From NCBI GenBank assembly GCA_903924465.1, contig CAIYBN010000137.1, forward strand, positions 2,606 through 66,605: a DNA stretch of 64,000 nucleotides, written 5' to 3'. A model generated the notes under the pieces. It did no database searches. It worked only from the letters and a program-made list of their open reading frames with translations, and was not told where the DNA came from. The position numbers were made by a program, and so were the translations under genes. Numbering within the stretch: position 1 is the first letter of the stretch; the number at the start of each line of letters is the position of its first letter. Source of the stretch: an uncultured Myxococcales bacterium. GTDB taxonomy: Bacteria > Myxococcota_A > UBA9042. This document shows positions 19,921-27,213 of the stretch, one piece after another.

Positions 19921-20912
19921 CGACCTGGACGGAACGGCTGCACCCGACGCACCTGCGCAAGCGCGCGGGTTCGTTGCTGGTCGATGGCTTCTTCAACGGA
20001 CTCGCGCGCGCCGGCAAGCTGCACCCGCTGGCCCATCCTTCGCGTCACGGCGTAGAAGTGGTTGAGAATATTGCCTACAAGAACTCCGGCGACCACGCGC
20101 ACTTGCTGGACATTTGGCGGCCGGTCAAGCGCGCCAGTCTCGGCCAGCCCATGCCCACGGTGCTGTACATTCACGGTGGTGGATTCCGGATTCTGTCGAA
20201 AAATACCCACTGGATCATGGCGTTGGCGTTCGCGCGTCGTGGCTGGCAGGTCGTGTCCATCAACTACCGGCTGGCGCCGCAGCACCGTTTCCCGGCGGCC
20301 ATTGAGGACGTCTGCGACGCGCTGGTGTGGCTGACGCAGCATGCCGCTCAGTATCAAGTCGATCTGAATCATCTTGTGTTTGCTGGAGAATCAGCCGGAG
20401 CGAATCTGGCGACGTCGTTGGCCGTGGCGACGTGTTGGCGGCGTCCGGAGCCGTATGCGCAGCGGGTCTTTGACGCCAACGTGACGGCGCGTGCGGTGCT
20501 GCCGGCGTGCGGCATGCTACAAGTCAGCGACGCTCAGCGTGTCCGCCGCCGCAAGCCGCACATGTCCAAATTCATTGAGGATCGCCTGCTCGAAGTGTCG
20601 GCCGCCTATTTGGGGCCCGAGCCGCCCGCGGATTTGACCCTGGCTGATCCGTTGACCTTGTTGGAATCGCCTGCAAAAGCGGAACGGCCGCTGCCGCCAT
20701 TTTTCGCCGGAGTGGGTACAGCCGATCCGTTGCTGGACGACACGCGGCGCCTGAAGGCGGCGCTGGATGCCCGGAGCGTGACGTGCGAAGCACGCTATTA
20801 TCCCAAGGAGTTTCATGCGTTCCACGCGTTGGTGATGCGCGAACGCGCTCGGCAGTATTGGGTCGATCAGTTTGCGTTCCTGGACCGCCTGGGGCTGACG
20901 CCGAAGTCCTGA
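19917..20912 (+). CDS. Alpha/beta hydrolase (HSL-family esterase/lipase)
   Basis: HGGGF, YRLAPQHRFPAA, GESAG, DPLLDD, HAFH. Confidence 0.9.
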   Translation: MTTWTERLHPTHLRKRAGSLLVDGFFNGLARAGKLHPLAHPSRHGVEVVENIAYKNSGDHAHLLDIWRPVKRASLGQPMPTVLYIHGGGFRILSKNTHWIMALAFARRGWQVVSINYRLAPQHRFPAAIEDVCDALVWLTQHAAQYQVDLNHLVFAGESAGANLATSLAVATCWRRPEPYAQRVFDANVTARAVLPACGMLQVSDAQRVRRRKPHMSKFIEDRLLEVSAAYLGPEPPADLTLADPLTLLESPAKAERPLPPFFAGVGTADPLLDDTRRLKAALDARSVTCEARYYPKEFHAFHALVMRERARQYWVDQFAFLDRLGLTPKS

Positions 20913-20924
20913 ATGGTGCATCGG

Positions 20925-21650
20925 ATGACCGGAATGACTGACAAGCTGCCGCCGAATCTGCTGGCCGATCCTGCGGTGATTGCCGCCCGACTGCAGCGGA
21001 TTGAACGCCACCGGGCTCGCATCGCCCAGACGCCGTCGCTGGCCGACGATCAGCCGCTGGGGTCGGGCGCGCCCAATCGTCATGGCATGCCGCAGCTGCC
21101 GCCGGGGCAGACTGCCGCGCGCAAATGGCCCGTGCTGGACATGGGCGTTCATCCAGACGTGACTGCGAGCCAGTGGCGGCTGCGCATCGATGGCGCCTGC
21201 GAGCGGCCAGTAGAACTGGATTTCCAGCAGTTGCAGCAATTGCCGACGGTGACAGACACCAGCGATTTTCACTGTGTGACGACCTGGTCCAAAATGGATT
21301 TGACGTTCGTCGGCGTGCGCGTGGCCACGTTGCTCGCGTCGGTGGAACCGCTGGACACCGCGGTTGCGCTGATGTGCCATGGCTACGATGGCTACACGAC
21401 CAATGTGACGCTGGCCGAAGCGCTCAAGGACGATGTGCTGGTGACGTGGCAGGTCGGCGGCAGGCCATTGCCCAAGGAACACGGCGGACCGGTGCGGATG
21501 ATTACGCCGCAGCTGTGGGCGTGGAAAGGCGCCAAATGGCTCAGTCGCTTGGAGATTCTGACCGCGGATGCACCGGGATTCTGGGAGCAGCGCGGCTATT
21601 CGATGACGGCGTACCCGTGGCGGGACGATCGCTACGGTGATTTGCCATGA
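20925..21650 (+). CDS. Sulfite oxidase-like molybdopterin-dependent oxidoreductase
   Basis: LPPGQ, DFHCVTTWS, YTTN, EHGGPVR, WKGAKW, GFWEQRGY; start uncertain (20913/20925/20934). Confidence 0.88.
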   Translation: MTGMTDKLPPNLLADPAVIAARLQRIERHRARIAQTPSLADDQPLGSGAPNRHGMPQLPPGQTAARKWPVLDMGVHPDVTASQWRLRIDGACERPVELDFQQLQQLPTVTDTSDFHCVTTWSKMDLTFVGVRVATLLASVEPLDTAVALMCHGYDGYTTNVTLAEALKDDVLVTWQVGGRPLPKEHGGPVRMITPQLWAWKGAKWLSRLEILTADAPGFWEQRGYSMTAYPWRDDRYGDLP

Positions 21651-21693
21651 GCCGCACCGCATCGACGGGGGCAGACGGCCGCATTCTCGCGGC

Positions 21694-21722
21694 TTGACGC
21701 GCCCCGCCTCGCAGTCGAGACT
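21694..21722 (+). promoter_or_regulatory. Candidate sigma70-type promoter
   Basis: TTGACG-N17-GAGACT upstream of the acyltransferase. Confidence 0.3.
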
Positions 21723-21809
21723 TTGGCGCCGCGTGACCACGTGGTTCCGCGGCGAACCGTCAGGCGCCATCGCAGGTGTCAGGTTGAACAGGTCGGGTGC
21801 CAGAAGGCG

Positions 21810-22649
21810 ATGAAGTACGACCCCGACGCGCTGGACTGGCAACTCGACCCGCAGCAATTCGCGCGCCTGCTGGCCTTCGCCCGCGCGCTCCGTCCGTATT
21901 TCCGGCCCATTTACACCGGTTTCGTGGCGTTGCGATCCGATCAAGGTATGTTGCTGGTCGCCAACCACGGCCTGTTTGGCCACGAATTGCCGTTGCTGCA
22001 ACTGGGCGCGAGCGAAATCGCGCAGCGGCCTCTTCGCTCGTTTTCCGATCGCGTCCTGTTCCTCGTGCCGCCGGTGCGGCGGGTCATGATGGGCATGGGC
22101 GTCTGCGAAGGCACGCCGGTGGTTGCACATCGCCTGTTGTCGCGCGGCGAGTTGGCCTACACCTGCCCGGGCGGTGCGCGCGAAGCATTGGCGCCGATGC
22201 GCGACCGGTACAAGCTCTATTGGGAGGGCAGACACGGCTTCGTGCGCTCGGCGATTCGTGCGGGCGCGGCGATCGTGCCGCTGGCCATCATTGGCATCGA
22301 CGAAACCTACCGGCAGATCCTCGACGCGGAGGCCGTGCGATCGACGCTTCTGGGCAAGCTGATTCTGCGGACGCTGGGCGAGAAATACCTGATGCCGCTG
22401 TATTGTGGGTTCGGGCCGCTGCCCTTACCGCAGCAACTTCATTTTCTGGCCGGGGCGCCGATCCAGGTGCCGCGCGACCCGGCGGCCGCGGACGATCAGG
22501 CGGTCGTCGCCGCGCTGCAGCTGGCGGTCTGGCAGGAGACGGAGCGCCTTATCGCGGAGGGACTCGCGGCGCGCGAGGAACGGCGTCGTCAGGCAGAACC
22601 GGGTGTCGCGCGAGCGGTGGACGAGTTGACGCGCTGGATTGCCGGGTAA
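21810..22649 (+). CDS. Lysophospholipid/diacylglycerol acyltransferase family protein
   Basis: LLVANH, CPGGAREA, GFVRSAIRAGAAIVP. Confidence 0.82.
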   Translation: MKYDPDALDWQLDPQQFARLLAFARALRPYFRPIYTGFVALRSDQGMLLVANHGLFGHELPLLQLGASEIAQRPLRSFSDRVLFLVPPVRRVMMGMGVCEGTPVVAHRLLSRGELAYTCPGGAREALAPMRDRYKLYWEGRHGFVRSAIRAGAAIVPLAIIGIDETYRQILDAEAVRSTLLGKLILRTLGEKYLMPLYCGFGPLPLPQQLHFLAGAPIQVPRDPAAADDQAVVAALQLAVWQETERLIAEGLAAREERRRQAEPGVARAVDELTRWIAG

Positions 22650-22691
22650 GGTTGGGGCGAATGACACAGGTCGATGGTCAGGAGGGAAACG

Positions 22692-23771
22692 ATGAAGATC
22701 CCGGCAACAGAACGTAACAAACCGCCCATGGCCCAACGCATCAGTGACGGACTGCTCCGTGGCGCGTGCGCGATCCTGGCGGCCTGCAGCGACCCGGCGA
22801 CGCCATTGCCGCAGGCGCAATTCGCCGGTCAGACCGAGGACGCCGATGGTGGTGCCTTGACCCCCGACGACGCGGATGCCGGCACGGTTCTGGATGCGAC
22901 ATCTGCGGATGCACAGGAACCGCCCGCCGATACGGTCGCGGTGGACGCCGTCGCGCCGGCGGACGTGCCGAGCGCGCCGGACGAACTGCAACTCGACGAT
23001 CTGCTCCAACCCATCGATACTGAACTGGCCATCGACACGTGGATTCCCGTCGACGCGTTTGCACCGGATGCAATGCAACTTGGCGATCTGCTTCAACCCA
23101 TCGACACCGAGTTGGTCATCGACACGTTTGCGCCGGACGTGGCGGCGGATGTCTGGCTCGCGCCGGATCTGCTGGTCGGGCCGGACGTCGCGGCATCTGT
23201 CTGCGGCGACGGGATTTGCGCGCCTTCCACGGAAACCGCCAGCACCTGTCCGGCCGATTGTGCCCCACCTGGATGGCTCGTGTGCGCGGCCCCGGCGTGC
23301 GCTGCCGCGACCGGCGCGTGCCAAAGCGCTGCGGATTGCGGTGGCGTTCTGAACTGCGCGGCGGCGTGTCTCAACGCATCGTGCGTCCAAGCGTGCGCGA
23401 CCACGCTCGCCTACAACACGATGGTCAAAAGCCTGGAACCGCTCGTGCAATGCGCCCAAACCGCTGGCTGCTTGGGGCCCGCCGATCCCGGCCCCGGCGG
23501 CGGTCCTGGTTCCTGCGGCAACGGCAAATGCGACGGCGGCGAGACGCACCTGACCTGTCCCAAGGACTGCGGCTTCCCGGTTTCGGCCAACGAACAGTGC
23601 CAGGTCAAGAACTGTGCGGCCACCTACGCTGCCTGCGCCAAGGACAAAGCCTGCGTCAGCGCCGCGACGTGCTACAATCAATACGGAAACGTCAATGTTT
23701 GTGCTGGTTTTGGCTCGACCGCCAACGAGTTGTCGGCGCTGATCCTGTGCATCCAGCAATCGTGCCCGTGA
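22692..23771 (+). CDS. Cys-rich lipoprotein with acidic linker
   Basis: ILAAC lipobox, Asp/Ala/Pro linker, CGDGIC..ET..CPADC and helical Cys modules; start uncertain (22692/22728). Confidence 0.75.
   Translation: MKIPATERNKPPMAQRISDGLLRGACAILAACSDPATPLPQAQFAGQTEDADGGALTPDDADAGTVLDATSADAQEPPADTVAVDAVAPADVPSAPDELQLDDLLQPIDTELAIDTWIPVDAFAPDAMQLGDLLQPIDTELVIDTFAPDVAADVWLAPDLLVGPDVAASVCGDGICAPSTETASTCPADCAPPGWLVCAAPACAAATGACQSAADCGGVLNCAAACLNASCVQACATTLAYNTMVKSLEPLVQCAQTAGCLGPADPGPGGGPGSCGNGKCDGGETHLTCPKDCGFPVSANEQCQVKNCAATYAACAKDKACVSAATCYNQYGNVNVCAGFGSTANELSALILCIQQSCP
22986..23138 (+). repeat. Imperfect intragenic tandem duplication (87-bp offset)
   Basis: ctgcaactcgacgatctgctccaacccatcgatactgaactggccatcgacacg (22986) vs atgcaacttggcgatctgcttcaacccatcgacaccgagttggtcatcgacacg (23073). 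Confidence 0.8.
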
Positions 23772-23778
23772 CAACAAA

Positions 23779-23808
23779 CAAGCCGCCCCGTCTGCACGAA
23801 GCGGCTTG
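23779..23808. terminator. Hairpin between convergent genes, possible bidirectional terminator
   Basis: CAAGCCGC...GCGGCTTG stem flanked by A-rich and T-rich sequence. Confidence 0.5.
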
Positions 23809-23838
23809 CTTATTGACTCAAAATCGCTGCAGCCGAGA

Positions 23839-24195
23839 CTACTTCTTGGCAGTCGTCGCCTGGCGGTGCGCGTCCATCAGACGCCACGGGCTGAATTTCT
23901 CCAGCTTGGTCTTCTCGCCTTCCGGGGCGTTGCCCTTGGGATAGCGCAGCGCGAGGATCGCGGTGATCGCGCCATCACGCGAGCCAAACTCCTTGGCCAG
24001 CCGCTGCGTGTTGTGCAGGTGCGTGACCAGCTTGCTGTTCGCCGTCTGCATCAGCTTGCTGCGCGAACCTTCCGCGGCGTCGAACAGCGCCAGGATCTTG
24101 TCCACCAGCGCGGCCTTCGAGCCGAACTGCTTCTCGACGCGCTGCTTCGGCGTAGGTGGATTGACTTGCGCGGTACCTTTCTTGCTGTTTGCCAT
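23839..24195 (-). CDS. Small basic hypothetical protein (118 aa)
   Basis: MANSKKG..TPKQRVEKQFGSKAALVDKI..; Lys/Arg-rich with two FGS[KR] motifs; preceded by a GAGGA RBS. Confidence 0.75.
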   Translation of the reverse strand: MANSKKGTAQVNPPTPKQRVEKQFGSKAALVDKILALFDAAEGSRSKLMQTANSKLVTHLHNTQRLAKEFGSRDGAITAILALRYPKGNAPEGEKTKLEKFSPWRLMDAHRQATTAKK

Positions 24196-24327
24196 GGTCT
24201 TCCTCGTATCGCCGGGCCGCTTCTGCTGCGAAATCCCGACGTTCGGTGGCGGCAGGGTATTGGCCCCGTCCGCCGTGTGATGCCGCAGCCCCTGTGGCTT
24301 TGGCGGTCCGCTCAAAAGCGGCTGGCG

Positions 24328-25218
24328 CTAGGAATCTTCCGACTCCGTCGCTGTTTCTGGTTTGTAGCTGGCGCATGGCGGCAATTCCGCCGGCATGTCG
24401 CCGGGCAAACCTTTGGCTTTGTCGGCAGCAATCGCTGCGTTCAACTGGGTGATCTCCCGCTCTGCGCGGGCGTTTTCACCCGGATAGCGCTGGCCGATGA
24501 CGGTCCACAACTCAATCGCGCGCGTGCGCCAGGCCAGCTTCCCGTAGGAACTCGCCAGCAACTCATAGTTCGCCAGATTGCGGGCCCGCGAGGGAAACTG
24601 CTGCATCGCCAAGTGCATGCGGAACACCAGGCTCAGCCACTTTTCCCGCTTGTTGTAGAACTTGATGACGTATTCGTGGTGGGCAAATTGCAGCGCCAGG
24701 CAGCGATCGCGCAGCAGCACCGCCTCCGTCACGAAGCGTGAGCGCGGAAACTGCCGGATGAACCGCTCCAGATGCGAGCGCGCCTGCTGGACCGGACCGA
24801 GATCGAGTTCTTCCGCCGGTGGCAGGATGAAAATATCGTCCGGCGCCAGTTGGAAATGCGCCTTGGCGACCATGAACAGCGCGTAGGGCACGTTCTCGTT
24901 GGTGTCGTGACGCTGGACAAACGAGAGGTAGGTCTCGATCGACTCGTCGTATTTGTGCTGGGCGTACTGGGCATCCGCCAAGCGCAGGCGCGCCAACGCG
25001 GTCACTTTCAGATACGACGGCAGCTTCAGCACCTTGTGGAATTCCTGCTCCGCCTCGATCAGCGAACCGCCCGCCAGGTGCTCCATTGCATCGAAGTAGA
25101 GTTGCTCCGATTCAGGCAACGGCACGGCCGGCTTGGCCGCGTCAGCGACCTGGGTACCGGCGCACGCGGGCAGCAGGAGGCAGGCAAGCGTGGCGAGGGT
25201 GGGCAGCCGGAGCGTCAT
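24328..25218 (-). CDS. bamD: Outer membrane protein assembly lipoprotein BamD
   Basis: LPAC lipobox; ARLRLADAQY, Y.SF..RH...NVPYA.F, F...FPRSRF, HE.YV.KFY; start may be 25236. Confidence 0.82.
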   Translation of the reverse strand: MTLRLPTLATLACLLLPACAGTQVADAAKPAVPLPESEQLYFDAMEHLAGGSLIEAEQEFHKVLKLPSYLKVTALARLRLADAQYAQHKYDESIETYLSFVQRHDTNENVPYALFMVAKAHFQLAPDDIFILPPAEELDLGPVQQARSHLERFIRQFPRSRFVTEAVLLRDRCLALQFAHHEYVIKFYNKREKWLSLVFRMHLAMQQFPSRARNLANYELLASSYGKLAWRTRAIELWTVIGQRYPGENARAEREITQLNAAIAADKAKGLPGDMPAELPPCASYKPETATESEDS

Positions 25219-25312
25219 GGTCAAGCGGGTCGTCATCGTCCAACCAGCACGCCGGAAGCCAGCGCGGGGCTGCGAAGTGTCGGAGATCTGGGGGCGCGGG
25301 TCAAGGGCGAAA

Positions 25313-26122
25313 TCATCCAAAAATCGAGTAGATCGCCCCGGAAAGGATGAAGTCCAGTACGACCACGGCGAAGGACGCATTCACGACGGCGCGCGTCGTG
25401 GCCCAGCCGACGCCTTCAGAACCACCGGTCGCTTCCAGTCCGGCTTGCCCAGCGATGAGCGGAATCGCGCAACCGTAGGCAAATGCTTTGGTGACGCCGG
25501 ACACAATGTCGCCGGCCTTCACAAGCTGGATGGACAGAAACGTCAGCGGATGAATGCCGAAGCCCAGAAAGCCGGTCAGCATGCCGGTGATCTCGCCGAT
25601 GAGCGTGGCGTAGATGGTGAGGCAAATCATCATCGCGCCGGCAGCGAGAAACCTCGGTACGATCAGGTAGTTGACCGGATCGGCGTTGCACATGCGCAGC
25701 GCGTCGACCTGCTCGGTCACGACCATCGAGCCGATTTCTGCGGCGATGCCGGAGCCAACGCGCGTGGCGATCATCATGCCGGCGATGGTCGGCGCGAATT
25801 CCTTGATCATGATCTGCAGGAATGCTGGGCCAATCATGCTGAAATCAGGCAGAATTTTCTCCACCTGCGTGGCGACCTGATAGACAAGAATCATGCCCAG
25901 AAAGCCGATCGTGACCGTGATGAAGACCAGCGATTGCACGCCCATCGCGTACATTTGCCCGATGATGGCGCCTTTTTCGCGGCGCGCGGAACCGATCTGC
26001 ACCAGCGTGTCGCGGCACAGCATCAGAAACTGCCGGGCCGGCGCGGACGTCGCACGCAACCAAGTCACCCATGCGGGGCGCACAGGCTTTCGGGTTCGCA
26101 CTGGCAAAATGACCGTCGTCAC
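25313..26122 (-). CDS. mlaE: MlaE-family ABC permease
   Basis: KEFAP, RVGSGIAAEIGSMVVTEQVDALR, DPVNYLIVPR, GSEGVGWATTRAVV. Confidence 0.9.
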   Translation of the reverse strand: MTTVILPVRTRKPVRPAWVTWLRATSAPARQFLMLCRDTLVQIGSARREKGAIIGQMYAMGVQSLVFITVTIGFLGMILVYQVATQVEKILPDFSMIGPAFLQIMIKEFAPTIAGMMIATRVGSGIAAEIGSMVVTEQVDALRMCNADPVNYLIVPRFLAAGAMMICLTIYATLIGEITGMLTGFLGFGIHPLTFLSIQLVKAGDIVSGVTKAFAYGCAIPLIAGQAGLEATGGSEGVGWATTRAVVNASFAVVVLDFILSGAIYSIFG

Positions 26123-26128
26123 GCGTGC

Positions 26129-27205
26129 CTACTTTTTGGGTGCGTTCTGCGGCGTCGTCGTCGCCGCGCCGGCCGGTGCGTCGTCATTGGTGTCGGCCAA
26201 CGCTTCCAACCGCGCATCGACCATCACGGTTTCGTCGCGATGGATCTCCACCCGGCGGTGCCAGCGGTCGTAGCCATCCTTGGCGAAACGGACGATCCAT
26301 CGGCGCGCAGCCAACTGATAGGGCTCAGCCTTCGTGCCTTTTCCGGAAATCTTGCCGTCTTGTGTGGGCTTGTCCGCCAATCGCTGCTCCACCGGCACGT
26401 CGTCCAGGAACGTTGTGACGCCGTCGGACTGGTCCACCTTGATGATGAGCTTGCCAAAGTACGGCACGGCTTTCGGCTTGATGCTTGCCGACGTCGGGTC
26501 GCCGACGCGCACGTTGACGAACTGCTCATAGTCGTAGAATCCGACGCAGCGCGTTTCCGCCTTCCGCGTGCCGGTCAACGACTCAATCACGCCTTCGCCT
26601 TGGCCGACAAAAACGCCGTCCAGAAAGATTTCGCAGCTTTTCGGATCGGCAAACAAGCGAATCGTGCCGGTGGCAATCTTGCCTTCCGCGCGAAGCTCGG
26701 CCATACGCGTCTCGACCTTCTTCAACTGCGCCTCGTAGTCCGCTTTCTTCGGCGAGTCGCCGACCTGGCCCAGCACGCGTTTGAGCAGGATCGACGCGGC
26801 GGAAAGCGCCTTGAACTCGGTTTCCGGCTGTTTCAGCGCCTCAGCGACCGTCGCGACATTCAGGGGAAATTCGTGGCGAAAAGGATCGAGCGCGGCGGCG
26901 GCTTCCAACAGCGACAGCGCGCGCGCCGTCTGACCTTTGCGCGCGGCCTCGGACGCCTCGGCGAATCGTTTGACCGCATCCTTCGCGTTGTGTTCCTTCT
27001 TTTCCTGGGCCTCGCGCGATTCGCGCTGGGACTCCGATTCCTGGACCACCGCGGCAGCCTTGGCCTTTTCCTTTTCTTCCTGGGCCTTCTTCTTGGCCTC
27101 CACCTCGCTGCGGTCAACTTCGGGCGCCTGGGCCCAAGCGGGCAGGGCAGTGGCCATCGCCAGGACGACGAAAGACACGCGAAAAGCGAGATGATACGGC
27201 AACAT
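26129..27205 (-). CDS. Secreted TPR + PEGA domain protein
   Basis: Signal peptide, TPR helices, PEGA-like repeats (IFLDGVFVG; FAKDGYDRWHRRVEI). Confidence 0.75.
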   Translation of the reverse strand: MLPYHLAFRVSFVVLAMATALPAWAQAPEVDRSEVEAKKKAQEEKEKAKAAAVVQESESQRESREAQEKKEHNAKDAVKRFAEASEAARKGQTARALSLLEAAAALDPFRHEFPLNVATVAEALKQPETEFKALSAASILLKRVLGQVGDSPKKADYEAQLKKVETRMAELRAEGKIATGTIRLFADPKSCEIFLDGVFVGQGEGVIESLTGTRKAETRCVGFYDYEQFVNVRVGDPTSASIKPKAVPYFGKLIIKVDQSDGVTTFLDDVPVEQRLADKPTQDGKISGKGTKAEPYQLAARRWIVRFAKDGYDRWHRRVEIHRDETVMVDARLEALADTNDDAPAGAATTTPQNAPKK

Positions 27206-27213
27206 AGGGAACC

